DNA of 63,825 bases, filler included, from Myxococcota bacterium (lineage in GTDB: Bacteria > Myxococcota > Myxococcia > Myxococcales > Myxococcaceae): assembly GCA_049322255.1 (NCBI GenBank). It is 5 parts of 5 records of this genome, joined end to end, with 100 filler letters (N's around TTAATTAATTAA, not from the genome) between each part and the next. Parts side by side here need not be neighbours in the genome. Positions count along the whole stretch, not along the records: positions 26,792 to 39,422 come from JBMORE010000118.1; positions 39,523 to 52,057 come from JBMORE010000119.1; 3 more parts are not named here. The stretch is one strand, 5' to 3'. A model generated the notes under the pieces. It worked only from the letters and a program-made list of their open reading frames with translations. It searched no databases and had not been told where the DNA came from. Shown piece by piece: positions 36,808 to 48,303 of the stretch. The position numbers and the translations under genes were made by a program. The stretch's first letter is position 1. The number at the start of each line of letters is the position of its first letter.

Positions 36808-38712
36808 ATGCCCCGGTTCCTCCGCCTGCTGGCGTTCGTGCTGTGCCTGGGGCTTGCGCTGCCCGCGTCGCTCGCCCACGCCCAGATGTCCTTCGAGGGC
36901 CTCGACCTGGGCGGTTCGAAGAAGAAGAAGAAAAAGAAGAAGTCGACCGGCGCCAGTGCCAAGCCCGACGAGGAAGAAGAGGAAGAGAAGGACAAGACGA
37001 AGGACGCGCTCCTTCCCGCGGGCGGCCTCGACCTGACCAAGCCCGCCACAGACGACAAGCCGGCGGTGGCCGAGGACAAGAAGAAGGGTGACAAGCCCGG
37101 CGCGGGGATGTCTTTCGACGCGCTCGATGTCTCCGGCAAGACCGCCGAGCGACAGCGGCTGGACGCGGCGCTGGCGAAGTTCAAGGCCGAGCAATACGAG
37201 CAGTCGGCCCTCGAGTCCTACGAGCTGATGCAGGACCCGAAGATGGCTCCCTTGCACCTCGAGGCCCAGTACAACCTCGCCAAGGCGCTCTACCGCATGG
37301 GCATGTACCACTCCGCCCTGGGAGAGTTCTCGGCCCTGCTCGCCAAGGGACCGAACGGGAACAAGCACTTCAAGACCAGCCTGGAGTGGCTCTTCTTCAT
37401 CAGCCACAAGACCACCAACGAGACGGTCATTCTCGACGAGATCGCCAAGTACGCGAACTTCGAGTTCCCGGAGAAGTTCAAGAGCGAGTTCCGCTACCTC
37501 TTGGCGCGCTACCACTTCGTGCGTGGCCGTGCCCTCGACCTGGTCGATCAGAAGGGCGAGGCGAGCAAGAGCTTCGACGAGGTGCGCCGGCTCACCCTGA
37601 TGATTCCGCGCGACGACGCCTTCTTCCCTCGGGCGAAGTACCTCGAGGGCTTGGCGTATTTCCGCGAGGACAAGCACCAGGCCGCGGTGGACTCGATGAA
37701 AGAGGTGGTGCGAGTCACTCGGGTGCCGCCCGGCCCCGTCACCCCGCAAGTCAAGCAGCTGCAGGCGTTGCGTGAGCTGGCGTTCATGCAGCTGGCGCGT
37801 ACCCACTACGGCGCCGACCAGCCGCGCTACGCCATTCACTACTTCGGCAAGGTCGAGCGGGGGAACACCCAGTGGCTGGAGTCGCTCTTCGAGTCGTCGT
37901 GGGCCAGCTACCGGCTGGGCCGCTACGAGCAGGCGCTGGGCAACCTCATCACCCTCTCCTCGCCCTTCTTCCGCGACGAGTACTTCCCCGAGGCGCTGAT
38001 CCTCAAGGCGGTGATTTATTACGAGAACTGCCGCTACCGCGAGGCGCTGTCGATCATCGAAGACTTCGAGCGCATCTACGGCCCGGTGCAAGAGCAGCTG
38101 GAGGCGCTCCTCCAGAAGCACGGAGATCAGGACGCGGACTACTACAGCGAGCTCGCCCAGATTCAGAAGAAGAACAAGGAGAGCCTTCAGCGCATCGGCA
38201 CCGACATCATTCTCGAGCGCGTGCTCAAGCTGGCGCTGACCGACCAGGACCTCAAGAAGACCAACGACTCGATTCTCGAGCTGGAGGGGGAAATCGACTC
38301 GTTTGGCAACAAGCCCGACGCCTTCAAGTACTCCGGTCTGGCCAAGGAGCTTCTGGAGATGCTCAAGGTGCAGCGCACCGCCCTCATCGGCAAGGCGGGC
38401 ACGATGACCCGGGGGAAGGTGGAGTTCGAGCTGGGGCAGATCAAGCAGTTCCGCGCCAACGCGCTGCGCATCAAGTTCGAGACCAACTCCAAGGAGAAAG
38501 AGTTCCTCGAGCGGCAGCTCCAGGCGGAGGGCAACAAGGACATCGTCCGGAACTACAAGCACTCGGTGGCGGTGCGCGACGACGAGCTCTACTGGCCTTA
38601 CCACGGTGAGTACTGGCGCGACGAGCTGGGCACCTACCAGTACACCCTCACCAAGGGCTGCATCGAGCGCGAGAGTCTCTCCGGCAGCAAGGGCTCCACC
38701 GCGGCCCGATGA
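36808..38712 (+). CDS. gltC: gliding-motility TPR protein GltC
   Basis: Signal peptide, TPRs, C-terminal YWPYHGEYWRDELGTYQYTLTKGC. Confidence 0.85.
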   Translation: MPRFLRLLAFVLCLGLALPASLAHAQMSFEGLDLGGSKKKKKKKKSTGASAKPDEEEEEEKDKTKDALLPAGGLDLTKPATDDKPAVAEDKKKGDKPGAGMSFDALDVSGKTAERQRLDAALAKFKAEQYEQSALESYELMQDPKMAPLHLEAQYNLAKALYRMGMYHSALGEFSALLAKGPNGNKHFKTSLEWLFFISHKTTNETVILDEIAKYANFEFPEKFKSEFRYLLARYHFVRGRALDLVDQKGEASKSFDEVRRLTLMIPRDDAFFPRAKYLEGLAYFREDKHQAAVDSMKEVVRVTRVPPGPVTPQVKQLQALRELAFMQLARTHYGADQPRYAIHYFGKVERGNTQWLESLFESSWASYRLGRYEQALGNLITLSSPFFRDEYFPEALILKAVIYYENCRYREALSIIEDFERIYGPVQEQLEALLQKHGDQDADYYSELAQIQKKNKESLQRIGTDIILERVLKLALTDQDLKKTNDSILELEGEIDSFGNKPDAFKYSGLAKELLEMLKVQRTALIGKAGTMTRGKVEFELGQIKQFRANALRIKFETNSKEKEFLERQLQAEGNKDIVRNYKHSVAVRDDELYWPYHGEYWRDELGTYQYTLTKGCIERESLSGSKGSTAAR

Positions 38713-39422
38713 ACGGCGGCCGGCGGGCGTCCCTCGGGGTCATCTTCGGGATCGTCCTGCTCGACCTCATTGGCTTTGGCATCCTCATTCCCCAGCTGGG
38801 GGTGTACGGGGTGCGCTTCCACGGCTCGCCCTTCGCCGTGGGGCTGCTCCTGTCGGTCTACTCGCTGATGCAGCTCATCTTCGCCCCGGTGTTGGGCAGG
38901 CTCTCCGATCGGTACGGCCGCCGGCCGGTGCTGCTCTACAGCATCGCCGGCTCGGTGGCGGGGTATTTGCTCTTCGCCGTGGCCGACGCCCTGCCACTGC
39001 TCTTCCTCGCCCGCATCATCGACGGTGTCTCCGGCGGCAACATCGCCACCGCGCAGGCCTATGTGGCCGACGTCACCACCGACGAGGATCGCGTCCAGGG
39101 CATGGGGATGGTGGGAGCGGCCTTCGGCTTGGGGTTTCTCTTAGGCCCAGGAATCGGCGGCTTCTTGGGCGCGCTGGGGGGCAACTGGGCCATCGGGTTG
39201 GGGGCCGCCTCGCTGGGCGCGGTGAACTGGGTCCTGGCCTTCTTCTTCCTCCCCGAATCGCGGCCCGCGGGCACGCCGACGCCGGCGAAGCGCAGCCGGC
39301 TACAGCTGGCCGAGCCTTTGCGTACCCCGGTGGTGGGGCGCATCCTTCTGCTCTTTCTCCTCTACGGGGTCGCCTTTGCCCAGATGGAGGGCACCTTCTC
39401 CATCTTCGTCTTGAGCCAGCAC
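38709..39422 (+). CDS. MFS transporter (TetA-like), truncated by the contig end
   Basis: G.LSDRYGRRPVLL, AQAYVAD. Confidence 0.9.
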
Positions 39423-39522
39423 NNNNNNNNNNNNNNNNNNNNNNNNNNNNNNNNNNNNNNNNNNNNTTAATTAATTAANNNNNNNNNNNNNNNNNNNNNN
39501 NNNNNNNNNNNNNNNNNNNNNN
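39423..39522. other. artificial contig spacer
   Basis: N run + TTAATTAATTAA. Confidence 0.99.
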
Positions 39523-39524
39523 CC

Positions 39525-41537
39525 AAAAGAAACTGCGAGTTCGGCTGCGAGGACGGCGCCTGCAAGCCGGACCCATGCGAAGCCATCGTATGCGAACAGC
39601 CTCCCGCTTCTGAATGTGTCAGCGCGGCCAGGATGCGCTTCCACTCGGGAAGCTGTGTCGCTGGGGTCTGCCAGTACCACGCGACCGAGACGGACTGCGC
39701 CTTCGGTTGTTACGGGAACTCCTGTAGGGCGCACCCATGTGCCGATGTGGTCTGCGACGCGAGCGAGGTGTGTCAGGCTGGAACCTGCAAGTGGAACGAT
39801 GCGACCCTGACGTCTCTTGTCGTTGACCCGGGAAGCATCGCGTTTTCGCCGGACCTGACGACATATTCTGTCCTGGTTCCGATGAGCACAACGAGCGTAT
39901 CCGTGACCGCGGTTCTAGCGAATCCTGGCCGATCCGTCTTGCGCATCAACGGTGTCGTCGTCGCATCTGGGACGACCACCAACGTCGCTTTTCCCTCCCA
40001 AGCGACAATCCCCCTTGTCGTGCAGGTGGACGCGGAGTCGGGCGCTGCAATGGTTTATTCCGTGTCGGTAACCCGGAGTCCGCTGGCAACTGTCCGCTTC
40101 GCGCAGCAGGCCTACCTCAAGGCTTCGAACACCGACATCGGTGATGAATTCGGCAGCGCGCTCGCCCTCTCCGCAGATGGAAAAACCCTCGCTGTGGGAG
40201 CCTTCTACGAGGCCAGTGCGTCCAGCGGCATCAATGGCAATCAGTCCGACAACACCGCTCCCAACGCCGGCGCGGCCTATGTCTTCACCCGCACCAACGG
40301 CACCTGGGCCCAAGAAGCCTACTTGAAGGCCTCCAATGCGGCGGCGAACGAATTCTTTGGGCACTCGGTCGCGCTATCGGGCGACGGAAACTTCCTCGTC
40401 GTCGGAGCGAGCCAAGAGAACAGCTCGGCAACAGGTATCAACGGCAACCAACTAGACAATTCCGCTCCAGCAAGTGGCGCCGTCTACATCTTCAACCGCG
40501 CGGGCGGGATTTGGTCCCAACAGGCCTATGTGAAGGCGTCGAACACGGGCTTGGGCGATGGGTTCGGCGAGTTCGTCGCGCTCTCCTTCGACGGAAGCAC
40601 GCTTGCCGTTGGGGCGCGATGGGAGGCCAGTGGCGCAAGCGGTGTAAACGGCAATCAGACCGACAACTCAGTTCGCAGGAGCGGTGCTGTCTACGTCTTC
40701 ACCTACTTCCAAGGCGTGTGGTCTCAGCAGGCCTACATCAAGGCGTCCAACCCGGGTGTCGACCACCTCTTCGGTGGTGCCGTTACCCTTTCCTCAAACG
40801 GCGATGTTCTTGCTGTCGGAGCGTCCTTCGAGAACAGCGGAGCGACGGGAGTTGACGGAAACCAGGCCGACAATTCTTCGGACTCTGCGGGGGCCGCCTA
40901 TGTGTTCGCTCGTGCCAGTGGAAGCTGGGTGCAACAGGCATATTTGAAGGCGTCCAATACGAATGCCAAAGACAAATTTGGGATGTCCCTTGCTCTCTCC
41001 GGAGATGGAACGACCCTCGCCGTCGGAGCGGGCTGCGAGTCGAGCGCGACGACCGGAGTCAACGGCAACCAGGCCGACAACTCCGCCACGTGTAGCGGAG
41101 CAACGTACATTTTTGCGGTCTCCAACGGAGTCTGGGCCCAACAGGCATATCTCAAGGCGTCCAACACCGCCGCTGGAGACCTTTTCGGTTGGAGCCTTGC
41201 CCTCTCCGGTGACGGCAATGACCTCGCCGTAGCGGCCCTCTGGGAGGACAGTGGTGCAACTGGAGTCAGTGGCAGCCAGACCGACAACTCACGGGCGGAC
41301 AGTGGTGCGGTATACCTCTTCGCCCGGGCCAACGGGAATTGGGCACCTCAGGCGTACTACAAGGCATCGAATACCGGATACGACGACAACTTCGGTTGGT
41401 GTCTTGCGATCTCCGGCGATGGCGACACCCTCGCCACAACGGCGCACTGGGAAGACAGCGCGGCAACCGGAGTCAATGGTAACCAGACCAACGACGCAGC
41501 GCGGGACAGCGGGGCCGCGTACATTTTCTCCCGCTGA
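39525..41537 (+). CDS. Cys-rich + cadherin-like beta-sandwich + 7x FG-GAP (integrin-alpha-like propeller) protein, 5'-truncated
   Basis: Frame open from the contig start; seven QAY.KASN...FG...LS.DG..LAVGA repeats. Confidence 0.9.
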   Translation, partial: KRNCEFGCEDGACKPDPCEAIVCEQPPASECVSAARMRFHSGSCVAGVCQYHATETDCAFGCYGNSCRAHPCADVVCDASEVCQAGTCKWNDATLTSLVVDPGSIAFSPDLTTYSVLVPMSTTSVSVTAVLANPGRSVLRINGVVVASGTTTNVAFPSQATIPLVVQVDAESGAAMVYSVSVTRSPLATVRFAQQAYLKASNTDIGDEFGSALALSADGKTLAVGAFYEASASSGINGNQSDNTAPNAGAAYVFTRTNGTWAQEAYLKASNAAANEFFGHSVALSGDGNFLVVGASQENSSATGINGNQLDNSAPASGAVYIFNRAGGIWSQQAYVKASNTGLGDGFGEFVALSFDGSTLAVGARWEASGASGVNGNQTDNSVRRSGAVYVFTYFQGVWSQQAYIKASNPGVDHLFGGAVTLSSNGDVLAVGASFENSGATGVDGNQADNSSDSAGAAYVFARASGSWVQQAYLKASNTNAKDKFGMSLALSGDGTTLAVGAGCESSATTGVNGNQADNSATCSGATYIFAVSNGVWAQQAYLKASNTAAGDLFGWSLALSGDGNDLAVAALWEDSGATGVSGSQTDNSRADSGAVYLFARANGNWAPQAYYKASNTGYDDNFGWCLAISGDGDTLATTAHWEDSAATGVNGNQTNDAARDSGAAYIFSR

Positions 41538-41774
41538 AGAGCTCATCCACCACCTCGCGTGAAAACCCCCACCAGTGTCGGAGAGCACCGCTTCGGGCGC
41601 GCCATGCGCTGCGAAGAGTCTCGCGAGAGTTCGGGCTACAACGACGGCCGAGCGCGGCACCGGCTCGAGGAAGAGCAGTCGGCTGCCGTGGTAGTCGACG
41701 ACGCCGAAGAGCCACCGCCGCCAGCGGACACGCTGTCGCGCGTGCTCCTCGAGGACAACGATGAAAAAGAGGGG

Positions 41775-42461
41775 TCAGCGCGTCAGCTTACGGCTGCGCG
41801 GGTGGCGGATGTCGGTGCCCTTCACCATGTAGATGACCATCTCCGCCACGTTCACCGCATGGTCTCCGATGCGCTCTAAGTGCTTGGCCACGAACATCAG
41901 GCTCGTCGCCCGGCGGATGTTCTTCGAGTCCTCCATCATCAGCGCGAGCAGGTCATTGAAGAGCTTGTGGAAGAGCGCGTCGAGCAGGTCGTCGCCGTCG
42001 AGCACCTCTTTGGCCTTGCCGGGGTCTGCGGCCACGAAGGCGTCGAGGGCGCGCTTGACCTGCGCCTGGGCGTGCTCGGCCAACTTGGGCAAGTCGTTGT
42101 ACGGCGGCAGTGGCGGCGCTTGGTTCAAGTCGAGCACCCTCTCGGCGATGTTCACCGCCAGGTCTCCGATGCGCTCCAAGTCGGTGACGATCTTCAGCGC
42201 GGTGGTGATGAGCCGTAAGTCGCTCGCCGCCGGTTGCCGCAAGGCGAGAATGCGCCGGCACAGGTCGTCGATCTCCACCTCCAGCCGGTTCACCTCGGCG
42301 TCGGCGTGGATGACCTGGGTGCCCAGCTTGGAGTCGCGGTCGGAGAGCGCGCGCACGCTGCCGGCGATCTGCGTCTCCACCTTGGCGCCCATGGCGAGCA
42401 GCTTCTCGCGCAGATCGGTCAAGTCCTGTTCGAACGCCTTGTCGGTGTGGGTGGTAGGCAT
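41775..42461 (-). CDS. phoU: phosphate signalling protein PhoU
   Basis: QPAASDLR, LERIGD x2. Confidence 0.96.
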   Translation of the reverse strand: MPTTHTDKAFEQDLTDLREKLLAMGAKVETQIAGSVRALSDRDSKLGTQVIHADAEVNRLEVEIDDLCRRILALRQPAASDLRLITTALKIVTDLERIGDLAVNIAERVLDLNQAPPLPPYNDLPKLAEHAQAQVKRALDAFVAADPGKAKEVLDGDDLLDALFHKLFNDLLALMMEDSKNIRRATSLMFVAKHLERIGDHAVNVAEMVIYMVKGTDIRHPRSRKLTR

Positions 42462-42464
42462 CGG

Positions 42465-43238
42465 TTACCCGAATTTACCGGTGACGTAGTCCTCGGTCCG
42501 CTTCTCGGCCGGGTTGGTGAAGATGCGCTCGGTGGGGCCGAATTCCACCAGCTCGCCCATGTAGAAGAAGGCGGTGTGGTCGGAGACGCGCGCCGCCTGC
42601 TGCATGTTGTGGGTGACGATGGCGATGGTGTACTGCTGCTTGAGCTCGTGAATGAGCTCTTCGATCTTCGCGGTAGCGATGGGGTCGAGCGCGCTGGCCG
42701 GCTCGTCCATCAGCACCACCTCGGGCTCGATGGCCAGCGCGCGGGCGATGCACAGGCGCTGCTGCTGGCCGCCGGAGAGGGCCAGCGCGGTGTCCTCCAG
42801 GCGATCCTTCACCTCGTCCCACAGCGCCGCCGCTTTGAGCGAGCGCTCCACCCGGGCGGCGAGCTCGGCCTTGTCCTTGAGACCGCCGACCTTGAGACCG
42901 TAGGCCACGTTCTCGAAGATGCTCTTGGGGAAGGGGTTCGATTTCTGAAACACCATGCCCACCCGGCGGCGCAGGTCGACGACGTCGAGGCCCCGCTGGT
43001 GAATGCTCTGGCCGTCGAGCAGCACCTCGCCCTCGTGGCGAGCGGCGTGAATGAGATCGTTCATCCGGTTGAGCGCGCGTAGGAAGGTCGACTTGCCGCA
43101 CCCCGAGGGGCCGATGAGGGCGGTGACTTGTCGATCGGGAATGCGCAAGCAGACGTCCTTCACCGCCGGGTTGTCCCCGTAGCGAACGGTCAGGTGGCGC
43201 GTCTCCATCTTGGGGACGAGCTCTGCCTCGGCGCTCAC
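42465..43238 (-). CDS. pstB: phosphate ABC transporter ATPase
   Basis: [42 protein letters not shown]. Confidence 0.97.
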   Translation of the reverse strand: MSAEAELVPKMETRHLTVRYGDNPAVKDVCLRIPDRQVTALIGPSGCGKSTFLRALNRMNDLIHAARHEGEVLLDGQSIHQRGLDVVDLRRRVGMVFQKSNPFPKSIFENVAYGLKVGGLKDKAELAARVERSLKAAALWDEVKDRLEDTALALSGGQQQRLCIARALAIEPEVVLMDEPASALDPIATAKIEELIHELKQQYTIAIVTHNMQQAARVSDHTAFFYMGELVEFGPTERIFTNPAEKRTEDYVTGKFG

Positions 43239-44164
43239 TGGTGTACCTCCGCGCGGCGCTGCACCCTCAACCGGAGGAAGATGGCGGTGCCGTTGAGCAG
43301 GAGCATGACGGCCAAGAGCACCACGATGCCCGCAGCGGCGTCGACGTGGAAGCCGGCCTGCGGCCGGGACACCCAGTTGAAAATTTGAATCGGCAAAGCG
43401 GTGAAGGCGCTGTGCACCGAGTCGGGGAGGAAGGCGACATAGGTGAGGGCGCCGATGGTGATCAAGGGGGCCGTCTCGCCGATCGCTCGGGCCAGCGAGA
43501 GGATGATGCCGGTGAAGACGCCCGGCAGGCACGCCGGCACCACCACCCAGCCGACCGTCTGCAGCTGGGTCGCCCCCAGCGCCAGTGACGCCTCTCGGTA
43601 GGCCCTCGGCACCGTGCGCAGGGCCTCGCGCGAGACCATGATGATCATCGGCAGGAGCAAGAGGGCCAAGGTGGCGGCGCCCGCCAAAAGGCTGCGGCCC
43701 ATGCCCACCGCACGGACGAAGACCTCCAGGCCCAACAGGCCGTAGATGATCGACGGCACCCCAGCGAGGTTGGCGATGTTGAGCTCGATGAGGGAGGTGA
43801 GGCGGCCCGGCCGGGCGTACTCCTCGAGGTAGACCGCGGCGCACACCCCCACCGGAATGGCCATCGCCGCGGTGAGCAGCATGAGGTAGGTGGTGCCGGC
43901 CAGCGCGGGCAAAACCCCGGCCAGCTCCGGCTTGCGGGAAGGGAAGCTGGTGAGGAAGTCCCAGCTCAGGCGAGGCAGCGCGGTCATCAGGGCGCTGCCG
44001 AACAACCCCACCAGCACCAGCAAGGGGAGGAGCAAGGCCAGAAGGCACACCACGTGAAACTTCCTCTCCGTCCAGAAGCGGGCCCGGCGTGCCGGCAGCG
44101 CGCCTCGTTTCACGGTGGCTGGCGGTTTGGAGACGAGCACCGCCTCGTTCAAAGGAGGGGTCAT
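43235..44164 (-). CDS. pstA: phosphate ABC permease PstA
   Basis: [25 protein letters not shown]. Confidence 0.95.
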   Translation of the reverse strand: MTPPLNEAVLVSKPPATVKRGALPARRARFWTERKFHVVCLLALLLPLLVLVGLFGSALMTALPRLSWDFLTSFPSRKPELAGVLPALAGTTYLMLLTAAMAIPVGVCAAVYLEEYARPGRLTSLIELNIANLAGVPSIIYGLLGLEVFVRAVGMGRSLLAGAATLALLLLPMIIMVSREALRTVPRAYREASLALGATQLQTVGWVVVPACLPGVFTGIILSLARAIGETAPLITIGALTYVAFLPDSVHSAFTALPIQIFNWVSRPQAGFHVDAAAGIVVLLAVMLLLNGTAIFLRLRVQRRAEVHQ

Positions 44165-45066
44165 CCCAGGCCTCCTCGCTGAATGCGCCTTCGCAAGCGA
44201 TGAGAGACGAGGTTCAACCCGAGGGTCATCACGAACAACGAGGCGCCCACCACGAAGAGGGTGCGGTACTCCAGGGTGCCGGTGGGCGTGTCGCCCAGGC
44301 TCACCTGAACGATGAAGGCGGTCATGGTCTCGACGGGCCGGCGTGGATCGAGCGTGAGCGTAGGTTGCTGTCCGGCGGCGATGGCGACGATCATCGTCTC
44401 GCCGACGGCGCGAGACACTCCGAGGATGACGGAGGCGGCGATGCCTGAGAACGCGGCCGGAATGGTGACTCGAAAGATGGTGACCAGCTTGTCGGCGCCC
44501 AGTGCGTACGAGGCCTCGCGCAGCCCCCGCGGCACCGCGTGAAGGGCGTCTTCGGAGAGAGAGGCGATCACCGGGAGGATCATCACCCCCATCACCAGCC
44601 CGGCGGAGAGGGCGTTGAACCCCGACAGCCCGGGGATGATCCGCTGCAACAGAGGGGTCACCGCCATCAGCGCGAAGTAGCCGTACACCACGGTGGGAAC
44701 CCCGGCCAAAAGCTCGAGCAGCGGCTTGAGCGCACTGCGGACCTTCAGTGAGGAAAGCTCGCTCAAGTAGATGGCCGAGAACAGCCCCAAGGGAATGGCC
44801 ACCGCGAGGGCCACCGCGGTGGTGAGGAGGGTGCCCAAGACCAGCGGCCAGATGCCGAAGTGCTTGTCGGCGAACAGCGGCGTCCACTGGGTGTCGCCGA
44901 AAAACTGGAGCGGGGACACCTCGCGGAAAAACCCCACCGTCTCGACCACCAGCACCCCGATGATGCCGGCGGTGGTGAGCACCGAGAGCGCCGCGCAGGC
45001 GAGGAATGTCAAAGAGGCCGCGCGGTCGGTGGCTCGAGTCAACAAAGATTGAGTGCCGCTCGCCAT
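44161..45066 (-). CDS. pstC: phosphate ABC permease PstC
   Basis: [21 protein letters not shown]. Confidence 0.95.
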   Translation of the reverse strand: MASGTQSLLTRATDRAASLTFLACAALSVLTTAGIIGVLVVETVGFFREVSPLQFFGDTQWTPLFADKHFGIWPLVLGTLLTTAVALAVAIPLGLFSAIYLSELSSLKVRSALKPLLELLAGVPTVVYGYFALMAVTPLLQRIIPGLSGFNALSAGLVMGVMILPVIASLSEDALHAVPRGLREASYALGADKLVTIFRVTIPAAFSGIAASVILGVSRAVGETMIVAIAAGQQPTLTLDPRRPVETMTAFIVQVSLGDTPTGTLEYRTLFVVGASLFVMTLGLNLVSHRLRRRIQRGGLG

Positions 45067-45085
45067 TTGTCTTTTTCGTCTCCTG

Positions 45086-46087
45086 CTACGGCTGGGACTT
45101 GCCGCCGCCCAGCAAGTCTTCGATCGACACCCCCACCTGCGAGCCCTTGCCGTGGAACAAGGAACCGGTCACCCGCGCGTCGACCCGCTCCTGCGCCAGG
45201 GCGTAAGCCCGATCGGGCAGCGGTATATAGCCGACCTCGCTGACCAGCTTGGCGGCATTCGCCAGGTAGAACTTCACGAAGGAGACGAGCTCCGGACGTT
45301 CGAGCGCCTTCTTGGCGACGTAGACGAAGATCGGCCGCGAGAGCGGCTGGTAGGTGCCGTTGCGAACCGTTTTCGCCGAAGGAGCCACCGGGCCGTCGCC
45401 GTTCTCCGGCTTACCATCGTCGATCGGCACCAGCTTCAGCTTGTCCGCGTTCTCGGCGTAGTAGGCAAACCCGAAGAAGCCGAGCGCATGAGGGTCGCCG
45501 GCGATGCCCTGGACGAGCACATTGTCGTCCTCGCTGGAGGTGAAGTCGCCGCGGCTGGAGTGCTCTTTGCCCACCACCGCCTCGGTGAAGTAGTCGTAGG
45601 TTCCCGAGTCGACGCCCGCGCCGTACAGGGTCACCTTCTCGTCCGGCCAGCCCTCGCGCAGCTGGCTCCAGCGGGTCACCTTCCCCTGGGCTTCGGGCTC
45701 CCACAGCTTTTTGAGCTCGGCGACGGTCATCGAGGTCACCCAGTCGTTCTTGGGGTTCACCAGCACCGCGAGGCCGTCGTAGGCCACCGGCAGCTCGACG
45801 TACTCGATGCCGTTCTTGGCGCACAGCTCGACTTCGCTCGGCTTGATCGGCCGCGAGGCGTCGGAGAGGTCGGTCTCGCCGCTGCAGAACTTCTTGAAGC
45901 CGCCGCCGGTACCGGAGATGCCCACGGTGACCTTCACCTCCCGGTTCGCTGCCTGGAACTCCTCCGCCACCGCTTCGGTGATGGGGAAAACGGTGCTCGA
46001 GCCGTCGACTTTGATGAGCACGCCCTCCTTTTTGCAGCCCAAGAGCGCCATGGCGGCTGCGACGGCGACGAGTGCTTTGTGGTTCAT
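45086..46087 (-). CDS. pstS: phosphate-binding lipoprotein PstS
   Basis: LLGC lipobox, DGSSTV, GTGGG, SGTYDYF, YQPLSRP. Confidence 0.95.
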   Translation of the reverse strand: MNHKALVAVAAAMALLGCKKEGVLIKVDGSSTVFPITEAVAEEFQAANREVKVTVGISGTGGGFKKFCSGETDLSDASRPIKPSEVELCAKNGIEYVELPVAYDGLAVLVNPKNDWVTSMTVAELKKLWEPEAQGKVTRWSQLREGWPDEKVTLYGAGVDSGTYDYFTEAVVGKEHSSRGDFTSSEDDNVLVQGIAGDPHALGFFGFAYYAENADKLKLVPIDDGKPENGDGPVAPSAKTVRNGTYQPLSRPIFVYVAKKALERPELVSFVKFYLANAAKLVSEVGYIPLPDRAYALAQERVDARVTGSLFHGKGSQVGVSIEDLLGGGKSQP

Positions 46088-46101
46088 GGTTGAGACTCCT
46101 T

Positions 46102-47259
46102 TTAAAACTTTCCTTGGAACTGCAAGGTGAAGAGGTTGTCGGTTGGGTCTTGGGCTTGCCCGCCACCGGTGAAGGTGAGGGGCATTTCGTAGGCCGCGGT
46201 GACCTTCAGCGCCGAGGTGACGTTTCGGGCGGCGAGCACGCCGACGGTCCCCACCGCGTTGGTCGAGGCCGGCCGAGATGGGTTGCTCACGTCGGCGGCG
46301 TCGGGCGTCCCGGAGTAGCCGTCGAAGTAGTCGTAGCGCACCGCCACCAGGTTGGCCTCCCCGATCTTTTGCGTCAGCAGGGCGTACCACCCCAAGCCCG
46401 GCTGGTCGAAGCGCTCGACGCCGCTGCTTTGATAGGTGCGCCCGGCGATGAGCTCGGCCTTCACCGTGGTGGCGCCAAAGGGGAGCAGCGTAAAGTGGGT
46501 CTGCGCGTCGGCGCCGAGGCGGGTGCGGGGCACGAAGCGGCTGGTGGAGGGGTTGAAGCTCTTGCCCCACCAGCCGGAGACACCGCCGGAGAGCTGCGCA
46601 AGCTCCAGCCCCATCCGGCCGATCACGTCCTTCTCGGTGTCGTTGTCCACCCCGGAGAACGGCCGGTTGTCGGTACCGTTGCCGTCGAAGACGCCCACCA
46701 GCGCGCGAAAGGGGCCTTCCTTCAAAAGCAGCTTGGCGCCCCGGTCGCGCTCCCCGGGGGCGAAGGCCCGCACCACCCGGGAGCGTTCGGGGAACTCGCG
46801 CTCGCTCGAGCTTTGCAGGACCTCGTAGCCGAAAGGCCACTTGGTCTGCCCGGCCACCAGCTGGAGGGCATGTCCCGTCCACGGCTCGATGAAGTGCACC
46901 TCGGCGTCCTTGAGCGCCACGCCCTTGGGGGTGGCGTCGATCTGCAGCACCAGCTTCGTGTGGGGAATGGAGTAGCTCGCCTTGAGTCGCCCCCGCCGCA
47001 CGGTGAAGCCGTCCTTCACTTGGGGGGTACCCTGGGCGTCGAGCCCGCTGTTCGAGTTGTCGGCGTACTGGTAACGCGCCTGAACGTACCCGGAGAGCTT
47101 CAAGTTCTGCAGCGAGAGCAAGCTGGCGTGGGTCTGGGAGACCTGCTGGGTGAGCTCAGCGATGCGCTCCTCGTTCGAGGTGGGTGCGTCGCCGCCGTCG
47201 GCTTGCCCCCAGGCGACGGCGGTGACGAGAAAGCAACCAACGATCGACGGCCTGTTCAT
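46102..47259 (-). CDS. phosphate-selective porin (OprO/OprP-like)
   Basis: [25 protein letters not shown], terminal Phe; first gene of the pst operon. Confidence 0.8.
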   Translation of the reverse strand: MNRPSIVGCFLVTAVAWGQADGGDAPTSNEERIAELTQQVSQTHASLLSLQNLKLSGYVQARYQYADNSNSGLDAQGTPQVKDGFTVRRGRLKASYSIPHTKLVLQIDATPKGVALKDAEVHFIEPWTGHALQLVAGQTKWPFGYEVLQSSSEREFPERSRVVRAFAPGERDRGAKLLLKEGPFRALVGVFDGNGTDNRPFSGVDNDTEKDVIGRMGLELAQLSGGVSGWWGKSFNPSTSRFVPRTRLGADAQTHFTLLPFGATTVKAELIAGRTYQSSGVERFDQPGLGWYALLTQKIGEANLVAVRYDYFDGYSGTPDAADVSNPSRPASTNAVGTVGVLAARNVTSALKVTAAYEMPLTFTGGGQAQDPTDNLFTLQFQGKF

Positions 47260-47322
47260 CGAGCACTCCGCGCAAGGCCAGCTGGGCCGGCCGGTGACGG
47301 AGCGCACTGCTACGGGAGGGTG

Positions 47323-47362
47323 GTGATCGTTTCGAGGCCGTCATGTGACATCGAGGTGACGT
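47323..47362 (-). promoter_or_regulatory. Pho box
   Basis: GTCAC repeats at 11-bp spacing (47356-60, 47345-49) plus ATCAC 22 bp further (47323-27), upstream of porin-pstSCAB-phoU. Confidence 0.7.
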
Positions 47363-47391
47363 TCGTCACCCGTCAGAAAGGCCCTATACCC

Positions 47392-48291
47392 TCAGCCCTC
47401 ACCGGCGAGCTTCTCCGGCTCGCCTTCGCTCGGTTTGTCCAGGGCATGCCCATCGGGAATCGAGTCTTCCTGCGAGGCGGGGTCGATGTTGCGCGCTCCG
47501 GGAGGTGGCCGCAGCAACGGCAGCGGGGGCAACCCGGAGTGGCGGCGGGCGGCCTCTTTGAGCTGGGCGTGGTGGCGGTAACGCGCTTCGACCATCTTGT
47601 GGATGAGCAGCGGCGCCCCGGGCACCTTCTTCGCCGTGAGCGCCTGGGTCGCCTTGCGCACCTGGTAGCGCACCCGGCGAATCTGCACCCGCCAGCCCCG
47701 TGGGGTGTAGGTGAAGACCCCGTAGACCGCCCGCAAGTCTCCGTCGCGGGGAATGCCGGCGGAGGCGACGTCGGCGATCACCATGCGCCCCAGCCGCCGG
47801 CGATAGGGAAAGTGCAGGTGCCCGAAGGCCACCGCCGCCACGTCGAGGTGCGCGAGGAACTGGCGCAGCGCCGGCTCCTCGAGGGTGGGCTCGATCGACT
47901 CTTCGAGGTTGCGCGGGTTGGCGTGGCAGACGTAGAGGTCCTGCCCGCGCCGCGGTGAGTAGCGGACGGAGAAGGGCAGCTGCCCCAGCTTTTGCACCCA
48001 CGGAGGGCCCACCTGGGCGCGCGTCCACTCGAGCAGGTTGGTCTTCCAATGGTCTTTGTCGCGGTAGGCGCCGCCCAGGTAGTTGCCCGACAAGTAACAG
48101 TCGGTGTTGCCCATCAAGAGCGAGTCGCAGCGATCGGCGAGCAGCTCGAGCGTCTCTTTGGGGTGGGCGCCGCGCAGGGCGAGGTCTCCGGCGGCGACGA
48201 TGAAGTCGGGTGCCTGGTGCCGAATGTCTTCGAGCACCGCTTCGCACGCCGGGAGGTTGCCGTGAATGTCGGCGAGAATCGCGACGCGCAT
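47392..48291 (-). CDS. calcineurin-like metallophosphoesterase
   Basis: DIHGN, GD, GNTD, GHLH. Confidence 0.88.
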   Translation of the reverse strand: MRVAILADIHGNLPACEAVLEDIRHQAPDFIVAAGDLALRGAHPKETLELLADRCDSLLMGNTDCYLSGNYLGGAYRDKDHWKTNLLEWTRAQVGPPWVQKLGQLPFSVRYSPRRGQDLYVCHANPRNLEESIEPTLEEPALRQFLAHLDVAAVAFGHLHFPYRRRLGRMVIADVASAGIPRDGDLRAVYGVFTYTPRGWRVQIRRVRYQVRKATQALTAKKVPGAPLLIHKMVEARYRHHAQLKEAARRHSGLPPLPLLRPPPGARNIDPASQEDSIPDGHALDKPSEGEPEKLAGEG

Positions 48292-48303
48292 GACGGCGTC
48301 ATC

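Noticed and set aside
40100..41537. CRISPR-like or DGR-like periodic repeats
   Set aside because: Periodicity is in-frame FG-GAP protein repeats; no CRISPR array, cas or reverse transcriptase gene anywhere in the window
41559..41879. 106-aa ORF after the FG-GAP gene
   Set aside because: Overlaps phoU antisense, has no motif or RBS; at most a remnant
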